Shown here in pieces: positions 8,837-19,099 of a DNA stretch of 64,000 nt (position 1 is the first letter of the stretch; every line of letters starts with the position of its first letter). This stretch comes from Promethearchaeia archaeon. GTDB taxonomy: Archaea; Asgardarchaeota; Lokiarchaeia; Sigyniarchaeales; SOKP01. The translations under genes and the position numbers were made by a program. Below the pieces are notes generated by a model. It ran no database searches and was not told the origin of the DNA. It saw only the letters and a program-made list of their open reading frames with translations. Where the stretch lies: positions 32,001 through 96,000 of the forward strand of contig JAWOCD010000099.1 of NCBI GenBank assembly GCA_046483985.1. Reading direction: 5' to 3'.

Positions 8837-11797
8837 TTAGAAAAAGGTGTCCATTTTTTTAATCCCTTTAATTTCTTCGTAAGTTATGCCTAACGCATCT
8901 AACACTTGCTCCAGGGCTGAGCGCAGCAATTCTTTGTATTTCCTTACATTGAGATCCTGAATCTTAGCCAAACTAATAGCTTTCGCACCGGCTGAATCTT
9001 TACTCTTGATGAATGACACTACATCTCCCTTTTGCAATTCCTTTCCTGTCCTTCTCTTGAGATCTAAAGCCGCGCGAACATGTTGGGGAGTGGTTTTATT
9101 ATAATTGTCAAGCTTTTTGCGAAGACTAATATTTATGGCATAATCTTCTAAAGGAAAGGCGCCTTTCCTCCCAATTTTCTTTTGGCTCTTTCGAACGGTT
9201 TCAATGATATTATTCTTCGCTTTTTCAAATTCTTCCATGGTGGTGATATCCTTTAAGATTTCAATGAGCCCTTCAAATACCTTTTTTATAAAATCAGGGG
9301 TATTTTTTTTCTTGGCGAGTAAACCTTTCATGTCTACATACTGCGTGTCTTTATGGATTCCTATATAATTTTTCTTTCGATCAGATAATCCCAAGAATTG
9401 ATATATCTTCTCTTCTTCCAAATCTAAATCCAATTCTTCCTTACTCCATTGGGATAACTTTTCTAATTTTTCTTGAGAAGGGTTATGTAGGAAAACCGAA
9501 TCGCTATCGCCATATAGGACATCTATCCCCATTTCTTTTGCTTTTTCTACTGTAGATTTTATCGAATAACGACCTATTCCCGTGGTACTTTCTGCAACAG
9601 GGAGACAAAATAGAGGAAAGTTTTTAGATCCAAAAACTCCGTAGCTTCCATTAATAAACACCTTTAAAGCTTGCTGTATTGTATAATAATAACTTCTGCG
9701 CTGCTCTGGTAAACTCTCATCCTTTGATTTTGGCTTAAAATACTTTACGCGAATATCCCTAAAAAATCCGACAACATAGGCGAAGATGCCCATCTTATGC
9801 TTGCACACATGATAAGGGGTTCCCTTAATCATATTTTCGATACACTCATCATGAGGACATTGTACAGTTTCGTAAGAAAGATTATATTCTTTAATAATTG
9901 ATGGGTAAAGACTTGCAAAATCCATCACAACCACGTCAAAATAAATACCTGGTTCCGGCGGTATCACATAAGCCCCTTTAAAACCTTTTCCTTCCACTGT
10001 TGATTTGGAATATCCTCCCTTTTTAAGCTCGGATATTTCCCGCCTTAGGGGAATCAAGAAGTTCTGTTGTCGATGCTCGAAAAAGAAAATATTTTGAATC
10101 CACGAAGAGATTTGATGACGAATCATATCATGGATCGGCATTTTTGTTATCCTGCATAATAAAATAATAAGATTCCAAACCAGAGAATTGTTAAATTGGG
10201 TTAATTCCAAGGTTAAAATGGAGTCCTTCAAGTTATACCATGCGAGTGTGCCATAATTCAATTCATGGATTTCTTCTTCGTGAGAGTATTTTTCTTTGCC
10301 CAACAATGCAGAACTAATTGAATTCAAGGAACTTCGATCATAGGCCCCTCCAAATGCATATCCCGCTATACTGCGGTTAAAGAAGAAATTGAATAGATCG
10401 ATATGGATTCCTCTTCGGAGATTGCATTCTGCACGGGAAAGAAATCCGTACCCTCGTTTGACATGAATGGGATTAAGATCCCTTTCTACTTTCAATTTTG
10501 TTGCCCGATGGGATAAATAATTAAGATCAAAATTATCCCCATTAAAGGTAACAAGAATTGGATATTCCCAGATGAGGCGAAAGGTCTCCTCAATCAAGGT
10601 TTTTTCATTCTTAAAAAATATGAGTTCCGCATCTTCGGGAAACTTTTCGTGTAATTCCCCATAAGAAAAACCCTCACGTTCTAGCATAAACACCTTTTTT
10701 AGTCCATCATTAGCCACCAAGGAAACGCTGATGATTGGTTGCTTTACTTGACGAGGATTGGGAATTGCCTTTTGATTTGGACCCATCTGGACTTCTATAT
10801 CTAATGCTAATCTGTTTACTTCAGGGATCGGCGTGAGAAAGACGTCTAAGTTTGAGGTGGCAAATTCTTGCATCTCTTCCGGTGTATCCTTAAAGAGATT
10901 TGTCAATTCCGTTTCAAGCGTTTTTAAATTATTCTCATCCTCATAATACTCTAACCGTTCTAACTTTCCGTTTTTCATCGTATATATGAGACCAGGGAAT
11001 AAATTACGATCATAAATATAGTTTAGATGATAGCGAATATTTGCCTCCCAAGCGTTGCCGCTTCCCAAAATCTTCCGAATGTTGCTACGTGAGCCCCCTA
11101 TATCTGTCGGAGTCTCTCCGTAGATTTTAGTCATTTCTATATCTTTATCACGCAATAAATCAATTCGTTTTATGGCCTCAAAACGCTCAAGACCCGAGTA
11201 ATTGGTGAGTTCAATATTATTCTCTAACTGTGCTATGGATTCTTTACTAAGGCAATAAGGCTCATGGTCAGTGGTGTCTAACCAGATTTTAATCTCGCCG
11301 GTCTCTAAATCGTAAAACTTACACACTGCCTTATTTTCGCCTCCATCATAACCGACATCAAGCAATAAGCCTTTTTCCAGATCTTTAACTATATCTCCTT
11401 TTTTAATGAGATATCGGATATAACGGGAACTTATGTTTTCCCGTTTAATTTTCTTCAGATTCACTTCTTCAGCTTGGATTCCAAAAGGTGTGTCGCTCCC
11501 TTCGAAAAATAAATCCTTAGGAATTTCCTTTATATCCTTCTGGGTCTCATCTTTTTTGTCTTTTTTCTCCTCTTCCGTCTGTTTGCTTACATTCTCTCGT
11601 ACTCCCCTTTTTTTCCTCTTCACTTTTTTCTTCTCTTCTTTCTTTTTAGTTTCCTCTGGTTTTTCCGTTCTTTCCTTTTCCTTTTGCTTTTCCTTAGTTG
11701 ATTGTTTTTCTTGCTTTTTTTTCGAATCGTCTACAAAGGAGAATAGGGAACTCTGTGATTTATCTTTATTATCCTTCTTTTTAGCCATTTCATTCAC
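8837..11797 (-). CDS. polB1: Family B DNA polymerase (PolB1 type) with Lys-rich N-terminal extension
   Basis: ExoI DIEV, ExoII FNGDNFD, motif A DFASLYPS, motif B QQALKVFINGSYG, motif C YGDSDS, KKNY; WEANIRY N-terminal signature. Confidence 0.9.
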   Translation of the reverse strand: MNEMAKKKDNKDKSQSSLFSFVDDSKKKQEKQSTKEKQKEKERTEKPEETKKKEEKKKVKRKKRGVRENVSKQTEEEKKDKKDETQKDIKEIPKDLFFEGSDTPFGIQAEEVNLKKIKRENISSRYIRYLIKKGDIVKDLEKGLLLDVGYDGGENKAVCKFYDLETGEIKIWLDTTDHEPYCLSKESIAQLENNIELTNYSGLERFEAIKRIDLLRDKDIEMTKIYGETPTDIGGSRSNIRKILGSGNAWEANIRYHLNYIYDRNLFPGLIYTMKNGKLERLEYYEDENNLKTLETELTNLFKDTPEEMQEFATSNLDVFLTPIPEVNRLALDIEVQMGPNQKAIPNPRQVKQPIISVSLVANDGLKKVFMLEREGFSYGELHEKFPEDAELIFFKNEKTLIEETFRLIWEYPILVTFNGDNFDLNYLSHRATKLKVERDLNPIHVKRGYGFLSRAECNLRRGIHIDLFNFFFNRSIAGYAFGGAYDRSSLNSISSALLGKEKYSHEEEIHELNYGTLAWYNLKDSILTLELTQFNNSLVWNLIILLCRITKMPIHDMIRHQISSWIQNIFFFEHRQQNFLIPLRREISELKKGGYSKSTVEGKGFKGAYVIPPEPGIYFDVVVMDFASLYPSIIKEYNLSYETVQCPHDECIENMIKGTPYHVCKHKMGIFAYVVGFFRDIRVKYFKPKSKDESLPEQRRSYYYTIQQALKVFINGSYGVFGSKNFPLFCLPVAESTTGIGRYSIKSTVEKAKEMGIDVLYGDSDSVFLHNPSQEKLEKLSQWSKEELDLDLEEEKIYQFLGLSDRKKNYIGIHKDTQYVDMKGLLAKKKNTPDFIKKVFEGLIEILKDITTMEEFEKAKNNIIETVRKSQKKIGRKGAFPLEDYAINISLRKKLDNYNKTTPQHVRAALDLKRRTGKELQKGDVVSFIKSKDSAGAKAISLAKIQDLNVRKYKELLRSALEQVLDALGITYEEIKGIKKMDTFF

Positions 11798-12047
11798 GAA
11801 AATTAGTTCAAATTAAACTCTCTATATATATTATTTTATCTTCTATTTTAATTTCATCTATTCAGAGTTTAATATCTTTTATAGAGAATATAATTTCTAC
11901 AAATAAATAAGAGAGGGGGGAATCTATTTTTCTCAAATATTACTCATAAAATAAGATTCTACCGAAATCAATAAAACACGGGCAATTTCTAAAAGAAGAA
12001 TAATAATCTATGGGATACATATTGAAATCCAAAATTTATTAACTTTA

Positions 12048-12272
12048 CCCATAGAGTGCGAAAAAGCACCATCCTCCAGGGCGGTGGTGAATCGCACATA
12101 TATTTATAAAGGAGCGCTACTATAATGTAATTGATGGACGATAACCAAGTTCATCATATAACCGCAGGGACTGCGGGGCTGGCGTTCGGAGAGGATGTAA
12201 GATCGATGTTATCTGTGTCGGCGATTCTCGATGAATTACGAATCCATCGCCCTTCAGGGCGTGATAGTTCAA
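12048..12272 (+). mobile_element. Non-autonomous IS200/IS605-family element (left end + promoter + omegaRNA-like right end), copy 1
   Basis: Near-identical inverted copy at 32391-32606; subterminal CCT(C/T)CAGG hairpins at both ends; 3' end GAATCCATCGCCCTTCAGGGCGTGATAGTTCA; TTTAC at the left flank; no transposase ORF. Confidence 0.8.
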
Positions 12273-12318
12273 AAGCTAAGCATAAGTATAGAAAAAAATA
12301 TCAAAATGGCTTAAAAAA

Positions 12319-13767
12319 ATGAAAAATGGAAAAGATTTAGCTGATTTTGCGGTTAATTTTGGATCTTCGCAAGGTACAGAATATATGGAAGCACGGTTTA
12401 TAGAATCAACAGAAGAAAGCTATACTGCACGGAATGGGATGTTTTTGGGCATTTTAAATAATACTAAAAAGGGGGTAGGCATCAGGGCTTTAGTAGACGG
12501 CGGAATGGCATTTGGATCTACTGAGAAGTTAACCAAACAATCCGTCAAAAAATTAGTCAATGATATAGTCGATATGGCACGGGCAACTAGACCAAAAGAT
12601 CCCATTCATCTTTCTTCAGAATCTCCCACGGAGACTTCATGGAAGACAGAAGTTGAGCGGAAATTCGAGGATGTCACCGGAGAAGAAAAGCAGGAGTTTA
12701 TAAAACGATTAGATAAAAATCTCAAAAAAGAGGGTAGTCGAAAACTGAAAAACCGAATCGCCTTTATGTTGTTATATAAAGAAAATAAATATTTCGTGAC
12801 AAATGAAGGCTCTAAAATCGATTCAGATCATTCTTTGATTACTATGACTTTAATGAATACGGCCAAGGGAAAAGGAGGTTCAGAGCAGCGACTATTCAGT
12901 ATGGGGGGCACCGCAGGATGGGAGTGGTTAGATGATATTAATTTTATCGATCTTGCCGTAAATGATTGTAAAAATGTAATGAGGGCAGCGGAAGAAGCGG
13001 AAATTGTTAAATTCAATAATCCGATCGATATTGTCGTTAGCGGAGAGATTTCTGGAATTATGGCCCATGAAAATGTGGGGCATCCCAGTGAAGGAGATAG
13101 AATTTTAGGACGTGAAGGAGCACAAGCGGGAGAATCTTTTTATGCAGACATTTTAGACAAAAAAGAGTTGGGAGAAGCAAAAATTGGAAATGAAGAGGTG
13201 TCCGTTATCGATGATCCCACCCTTCCTGGCAGTCCGGGATTTTATCTGTTTGATGACGAAGGGGTAAAAGCCCGAAAACGCTATCTCATAAAAAATGGAA
13301 TGTTAAATGAATTGCTATTGAATAGAGAATATGCAGCAAGATTTGATACGAAGTCCACGGCGGCTGCTCGTGCCTTGAGCTACAATCGGGAACCCATCCC
13401 GCGTATGGCTAATACCTTTTTTGAGCGGGGAGATTTTACAAAAGAAGAATTAGTCGAGGATATTGATGAAGGTATATTGATGAATAGTTTTACAGAATGG
13501 AATATCGATGACCGGCGCTTTCAGAGTAAATACGTGGGATTGGAAGTATATCTTATAAAAAACGGGGAAATAACAGATACTATGGTTCGCCGCCCCATTT
13601 TAGAGTTAACTACTTATGGAATTATGGAAAGTGTCGATGCTGTCGGAAAAGATTTCTTTGCTCCAATGGGTCTCTGCGGCAAGGGAGATCCACTACAAGG
13701 AATTCCCGTATCTCTGGGAGGGCCCCATATACGATTAAGAAATATTAAAATCGGTGGGGGAAACTAA
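12319..13767 (+). CDS. tldD: TldD metalloprotease subunit
   Basis: HENVGHPSEGD (HExxxH), DDEG, PIPRMANT, CGK. Confidence 0.9.
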   Translation: MKNGKDLADFAVNFGSSQGTEYMEARFIESTEESYTARNGMFLGILNNTKKGVGIRALVDGGMAFGSTEKLTKQSVKKLVNDIVDMARATRPKDPIHLSSESPTETSWKTEVERKFEDVTGEEKQEFIKRLDKNLKKEGSRKLKNRIAFMLLYKENKYFVTNEGSKIDSDHSLITMTLMNTAKGKGGSEQRLFSMGGTAGWEWLDDINFIDLAVNDCKNVMRAAEEAEIVKFNNPIDIVVSGEISGIMAHENVGHPSEGDRILGREGAQAGESFYADILDKKELGEAKIGNEEVSVIDDPTLPGSPGFYLFDDEGVKARKRYLIKNGMLNELLLNREYAARFDTKSTAAARALSYNREPIPRMANTFFERGDFTKEELVEDIDEGILMNSFTEWNIDDRRFQSKYVGLEVYLIKNGEITDTMVRRPILELTTYGIMESVDAVGKDFFAPMGLCGKGDPLQGIPVSLGGPHIRLRNIKIGGGN

Positions 13768-15205
13768 AATGGATCTAAATGAGGATTTATTGGAATATAC
13801 TGTAAACGTTGCAAAAGAATATGATGCAAATGATGTGATTGCCAAATTGGTAAAGAACCAAGAATACCAGATACGGTTCTCAAATTCTCAGATCGATATT
13901 TTCAAACAATGGAATAACCATTTCTTGGAGTTGTTTATGGATTATAAAAAGTGGTACTCCCTTCGGCATAAAATTTCGGTTATATCAATTCAAAACCCCA
14001 CTAAAGAGAAGATCCAAAAACAAATTTCGCAAGGTATGGAAAAATTAAAGAATTTGCCAAAAACCCTCCTCTATTGGGGAATGGATAAACGTGACCATTC
14101 ATATAAAAAAATGGACAATCTACATGACTCTCGGATTACGACTTTTTCCGAAAAAGCACCCTCCTTAGCACAATCCGCGATTAATAGTGCAATGGAGCAA
14201 GGCGCAAAAAAGGTTGCGGGAGTTTTATACTTTGGGGATCAAAAAACGGGAGTTTTGACGGGATATAACAATGGTGGAACATATGATAACTCCTATTACC
14301 GGTTAACTATCCGTTCCTTCCTCGGACCTGAAAGCAGCGGACAGGATGTAGTTGTGGGCAGAGATTTATCCGAAATAGAACAAAAATTTAGAAAAGCAGG
14401 AAAAAATTCTGGTAAATTGGCAAAGATGGCTGAGAACGGCGTGCAGGGAAAGCCCGGTATCTATGACTTAATTCTAAGCCCCATGGTGGGTGCGAATATC
14501 TTTAATCATCTTTTAAACGGCGCTAACCCTGTTTATATTATCGCGGGGATGAGCTGTTTAAAGGGAAAAATGAACCAAAAAATCGGGCCCAACAATTTGA
14601 CAGTACACGACGATGCAACTATCCCCGAAGGGTTAAATAGTAGACCATTTGATTTTGAAGGAACACCCTCTCAATCAACTCCCCTAATTAAGAAGGGAAA
14701 ACTGGTAGGGCTAATTCAAAATACCAGCTCGGCAAAAATTTGGAGATTATTATACATCCTTCGGCTGCGATTCTGGAAGAAATTTAAAACCACTGGAAAC
14801 TCCTACTTGGGAGGAGTGCTTGATGAATCGCTGGGTCCTCGATTATTAGCCCCCATTCCGAGTAATTATGTATATAGCCCAGGTGACTCTACCTTAGATG
14901 AACTGATCGAAGATTCACAAAAGTCCACTATCTATGTCACCTCTAATTGGTATACCCGGTTTACTAACTACACAGAAGGGAATTTTTCTACGATCCCCCG
15001 AGATGGAATGTTTCTAATCAAAGACGGAGAGATAAAAAAACCAATAAGAAAGTTACGGATAACCGAGGATTTATTAGGAATGTGTAATCGAATAGCAAGC
15101 ATTGGAAAGAAACCGAGGCAAATAAAATGGTGGGAAGTAGATACACCAACCTTTATTCCGAATATAAAAGTAAAGGATTGTCATCTTACTGCGGCAACCC
15201 AATGA
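13754..15205 (+). CDS. tldE: TldE/PmbA subunit
   Basis: IRFSNSQI, FDFEG, NWYTRF and RDG motifs; overlaps the tldD stop; lacks HExxxH. Confidence 0.85.
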   Translation: MGETKMDLNEDLLEYTVNVAKEYDANDVIAKLVKNQEYQIRFSNSQIDIFKQWNNHFLELFMDYKKWYSLRHKISVISIQNPTKEKIQKQISQGMEKLKNLPKTLLYWGMDKRDHSYKKMDNLHDSRITTFSEKAPSLAQSAINSAMEQGAKKVAGVLYFGDQKTGVLTGYNNGGTYDNSYYRLTIRSFLGPESSGQDVVVGRDLSEIEQKFRKAGKNSGKLAKMAENGVQGKPGIYDLILSPMVGANIFNHLLNGANPVYIIAGMSCLKGKMNQKIGPNNLTVHDDATIPEGLNSRPFDFEGTPSQSTPLIKKGKLVGLIQNTSSAKIWRLLYILRLRFWKKFKTTGNSYLGGVLDESLGPRLLAPIPSNYVYSPGDSTLDELIEDSQKSTIYVTSNWYTRFTNYTEGNFSTIPRDGMFLIKDGEIKKPIRKLRITEDLLGMCNRIASIGKKPRQIKWWEVDTPTFIPNIKVKDCHLTAATQ

Positions 15206-15221
15206 AAAAGGAGAAATACCC

Positions 15222-15578
15222 TTATTCTTTATTATTTTTTTCCATAAGATTTCTTATTTCTTCAAGGAGCAATGTTTTCTCGGCGATAAACCAGTGAAGT
15301 TTTGATTTTTCCGGGTGGGAGTCATAAATTATTTCACTCATCTCTTCAACTTCTTCTTTTGACGGTTCTATCAACTTTCCATTAATATTTTCATTTAAGA
15401 GTAGCACTAAGTTATCAGTTTCTAATGGCTCGATGGAGTCTCCCTTCCTTATATTTTTATTAATAGTACAGACTAATTCTGCCAGATACCAAACAGATTT
15501 CTCATAAGATTCTCCAGATTTATACCGGCGATATGCTAATATCTCGATATCTTCTTTAGTGAACGGCATCGTAATCAA
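15222..15578 (-). CDS. Small protein with two DUF2934-like repeats
   Basis: EDIEILAY...W.LAE and EEVEEMSE...W.IAE internal repeat. Confidence 0.6.
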   Translation of the reverse strand: MITMPFTKEDIEILAYRRYKSGESYEKSVWYLAELVCTINKNIRKGDSIEPLETDNLVLLLNENINGKLIEPSKEEVEEMSEIIYDSHPEKSKLHWFIAEKTLLLEEIRNLMEKNNKE

Positions 15579-15751
15579 TACAGCGTGAAAAAAGATTTTT
15601 TTGTTACAGTATCTAAAAAGATAAATTGTCTTTTAACAATTTTGATTTAAATAGAGTATTTCAAATAATCCCGAAAGACCACAAAATTAAAAATTAACTA
15701 AAAATTATAATAAGTTATATCCTTATTCTTGGATAGCATCACAACACTAAT

Positions 15752-15856
15752 GCCTCTGTGGCTTAGCGGTATAACAGCGTTTAAGATATAGATGCTGGGC
15801 TAAGCGGCTGATTTGTAATCAGCAGGGCGGGGGTTCAAATCCCCTCAGGGGCTCCA
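15752..15856 (+). tRNA. tRNA-Thr(UGU) with an intron of about 30 nt in the D arm; CCA encoded
   Basis: Acceptor GCCTCTG/CAGGGGC; anticodon arm GCTGA-TTTGTAA-TCAGC; T arm GGGGG-TTCAAAT-CCCCT; 3' TCCA; extra hairpin CAGCGTTTA/TAGATGCTG in the D arm. Confidence 0.9.
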
Positions 15857-15983
15857 TTTCTATTCCTTACCTTGTATTTTATAGATCTCATAATCTGAGA
15901 TATTTTTGCTCAAAGAAAGTATATGATAAAATATTATAAATAAAGCAAATCATTTTAAGACTAGAAAAAAGTCATAATAAACA

Positions 15984-17315
15984 ATGCCAGACTTTAAAAA
16001 AAAGGAGTTTAGTAAATCATATACTTTTATCTTTTGTTTTTTCTATTTAATCCAAGGGCTCTACAACGGACTACAGTACATTGTTTTACCGATTTGGCTG
16101 ATCGGGATTGTGGAAACCGTGGAACTAAGTGCCATCATAGGGATCTTTGCTATTACGTCAATGCCTTGGTCTGTAAAGTTTTTAATTGGATTAATCAATG
16201 ATAAATACGGAAGTAAAAAATTTGGTCGGAGATTTCCATGGATATTTTGTTTTGGTATTTTCGCCGGAATTGCATTCATCCTCACTGGAATGGGAATTCC
16301 TCTACAGCCAAAAGGTTTAGTTATAACTTTTACCGTTCTCGGAGCGCTTTTCTGGAATATCGGTATTGCGGTGGCGGATACTGCATTAGATGGTCTCATT
16401 TTGGATGTGACCCCAAAGGAACAACTTGGAGAAGTCCAAGGCTATACGTGGGCGTTAAATATGTTCGGAAGTGGTGCAGGTGGAATTATTCTCGGAGCAA
16501 TCTTTTTTTTAATAGATGGAGTTCCAGTTTTGTTTATGTTGGAAGGTATTTTACTCATTATCAGCTGTACCCTACCTTACTATATAAAAGAGTCAGAAGT
16601 GCAAGAGGATATTAAGGTATGGAAGGATTTAAAAAATATTCTCAGTAAAAAAAAGAACTGGAAAGTCTTTCTGTTTACCTTGCTCGATAACATTCCGTAT
16701 AACATTCTCACTGTTGCCTATGGATTACTGGTCCTAATCTATATGCCAAATAGCCCAATCTCAGCAGAAGTCACCACCATTCAATTAATGGGAGAGAGTT
16801 TGGAGCTTTTTATCTTTTATAGTATATTAGGAGCGATTAACGGGGTAGGGATTATTTTAGGGAGCGTTATTGGAGGAAAGTTAGCGGATAAGCGACGTAA
16901 ATTGGCTGTCTATGTTGGAAATTTAATATATATTCCGTTCTTTCTCATTAGCACACTCTTCATCGGAAATATCCTCTTGGGACTGATGATGATGATTATA
17001 TTAGGTGCGGGACAAGGAGCAGTGAAGGCGGCATATCAATCAGTACGGGGAGATATTGCAAAAAAATATCCTACACTAAAGGCTACCTATTATGCGCTGC
17101 TGATCTCCTTTTTAAATGGAGGAGCAGTGGTCGGTATGGGAATCACGGCCATTTTATTACCTATTTTTGCCGGCCTATTTACCGAATTTGTATTCATTTA
17201 TTTCTGTATTATGATTGTCATGACTTTATTCCAAACTAGCTCCTTTCTTGTGTTTAATACCATCAAAGAGGAGGAATATGAATTTGAACATTACTTAATC
17301 CAAAGCGAGTTATAA
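15984..17315 (+). CDS. MFS transporter (AmpG/acetyl-CoA-transporter-like)
   Basis: 12 TMs; PWSVKF, FGRR.PW, D.ALDGL, GGKLADK. Confidence 0.85.
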   Translation: MPDFKKKEFSKSYTFIFCFFYLIQGLYNGLQYIVLPIWLIGIVETVELSAIIGIFAITSMPWSVKFLIGLINDKYGSKKFGRRFPWIFCFGIFAGIAFILTGMGIPLQPKGLVITFTVLGALFWNIGIAVADTALDGLILDVTPKEQLGEVQGYTWALNMFGSGAGGIILGAIFFLIDGVPVLFMLEGILLIISCTLPYYIKESEVQEDIKVWKDLKNILSKKKNWKVFLFTLLDNIPYNILTVAYGLLVLIYMPNSPISAEVTTIQLMGESLELFIFYSILGAINGVGIILGSVIGGKLADKRRKLAVYVGNLIYIPFFLISTLFIGNILLGLMMMIILGAGQGAVKAAYQSVRGDIAKKYPTLKATYYALLISFLNGGAVVGMGITAILLPIFAGLFTEFVFIYFCIMIVMTLFQTSSFLVFNTIKEEEYEFEHYLIQSEL

Positions 17316-17322
17316 AATAAGA

Positions 17323-18912
17323 ATGAATCAAATAAATTATGTCATATTTTGCATCATCGATAATTGCCGTTCGACCCACTTTTTCGATTTTATTAAACGG
17401 GGGCTTCTGCCCAATATTGAAAGTTTAATGAAGAATGGTTTATATTCTAAGAACTGCATCACCGATTTTCCCTCTGTAACTTATCCCACCCAGCCCACAA
17501 TGGTGACTGGAACCTATACGGGAGATTATCGGCGAGAATTATGCCATGGAATTCCCTCCTATAGCTGGATGGGGAGAAATATTGTCCCGCCTGATTTGAG
17601 ATCCTATGGAGGGACAGGTTCGGACGAACATATCCAAGCATATAAATTAAATGAGGATTTGGGTCCCAATTGTCAGACACTTTTAGAGATGATTGATAAT
17701 GGAAACTGTACCAGTTCTACTCAATTTCTTTCTCGAGGAACAGATTATTTATTTCCAGAATCGAAAGCAAAATTAGCATTTTATTATCTTGTAATGAAGT
17801 ATGCCCGGAATGTTAAAAAAATGATGGCGCGAGCAAACACTATTGTGGTAGAAAAATTACTTGACACCTTTCGAAGACCCCAAAAGTATTTTGAGACCAA
17901 GGAAGCACCAGTTGGAAGTTTTCTCTGGTTTATGAGTTCAGATGTTTTATCACATTTATATGGATACGATAGCTTTATTTATAAGCTCAATTTATTGCAT
18001 ATAGATAAGGTGATGGGTAAATTAGTTGATAAGTTAGAAGAAATGGGATATTTAGATCAAATAGCCATTGGAATTACCGCAGATCATGGGAATTATAAGG
18101 GCAAAAGAAACGGTAATGTGCAGAAGATATTCCACCATTTAAACCTCCAGAACTATCACCCCAAACACAACAAGGAAGGAGTTATTAATATTGCGGAATA
18201 TGGAGGCGTAGGACTTTTTTATTTCAAAAGTAAAAAAAATCATGGATTGTCTGATGTTTGGTATCCCCCTTCTCTTGAAGAGTTACGTAATTTCGGCCCT
18301 AATAAAATAAATATTATGGACAAGTTATTGGAATTAGACACCACCCAGTTGATGTACTTTAGAGACAATTCTACAGGTTCAAATGAGCACGGAACCATCT
18401 ATCTCCGAAAGAAAAAAAATGGGACAGGAAAAATCATTAAAGGAAAAATAGAATTTAAGGGGAGCGGAAAAAATTTAAAAACGAGATATATAACGAATTC
18501 TGAGGACCAAGATATTTTCGGATATAATAATGACGAGCATGCAGCAAAACTGCTAGATCACCGATTTCATACAATAGATGAGTGGTTAGATGCAACTTAC
18601 CCTCTTGATTATCCACTCTATATTGACCACCTTTCCCGACACTTTAAGAACCCCCGGAGCAGCGATATTATCTTGAGTACGCAAGGAAAAACGATATATA
18701 ATATAGCACACGGCAAAAAGAAAAATGATAATATCTATACCCACGATATTGGACTCAGAAAAAGTTCTGTGGTGCCCCTCATTATTGGGGGTTCTCCGGA
18801 GATCCCTCAAAAAGAAATTCTTTATTGTAAAGGGACAGATATTGTTCCCACCTTATGCAAGATGATAGGTGTTACCCCGCATAAAAGTGTACTGGGACGA
18901 AGCTTAATTTAG
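17323..18912 (+). CDS. Alkaline phosphatase superfamily / nucleotide pyrophosphatase-phosphodiesterase
   Basis: IIDN, FPSVTYP (Thr nucleophile), D..SH, TADHG, H.I, DIVPT. Confidence 0.85.
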   Translation: MNQINYVIFCIIDNCRSTHFFDFIKRGLLPNIESLMKNGLYSKNCITDFPSVTYPTQPTMVTGTYTGDYRRELCHGIPSYSWMGRNIVPPDLRSYGGTGSDEHIQAYKLNEDLGPNCQTLLEMIDNGNCTSSTQFLSRGTDYLFPESKAKLAFYYLVMKYARNVKKMMARANTIVVEKLLDTFRRPQKYFETKEAPVGSFLWFMSSDVLSHLYGYDSFIYKLNLLHIDKVMGKLVDKLEEMGYLDQIAIGITADHGNYKGKRNGNVQKIFHHLNLQNYHPKHNKEGVINIAEYGGVGLFYFKSKKNHGLSDVWYPPSLEELRNFGPNKINIMDKLLELDTTQLMYFRDNSTGSNEHGTIYLRKKKNGTGKIIKGKIEFKGSGKNLKTRYITNSEDQDIFGYNNDEHAAKLLDHRFHTIDEWLDATYPLDYPLYIDHLSRHFKNPRSSDIILSTQGKTIYNIAHGKKKNDNIYTHDIGLRKSSVVPLIIGGSPEIPQKEILYCKGTDIVPTLCKMIGVTPHKSVLGRSLI

Positions 18913-19060
18913 ATAGGATCTTTATTTAATAGGCAATTGAATTCTCGGTAAATACTATTTTACATATTTTCGTGCCTTATTGGTCAAAAATTGGACAAAT
19001 CTCCCAACGAAATGGTGTTTTCTATTGGTTAAGAGTCTTGTTCCCCTTGGTTTGTCCTGG

Positions 19061-19099
19061 TAAAAATCATCTCAACCTAAAAGACGGGAACTTGTTTCG
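19061..19099 (-). mobile_element. Degenerate IS200/IS605 left-end hairpin relic
   Basis: Minus strand CGAAACAAGTTCCCGTCTTTTAGGTTGAGATGATTTTT has the same architecture as the left ends at 12055 and 37884. Confidence 0.35.

Noticed and set aside
12131-12322. 63-aa ORF MMDDNQVHH...
   Set aside because: Lies inside the non-autonomous IS605 element and runs through its RNA-like end; not treated as a gene.
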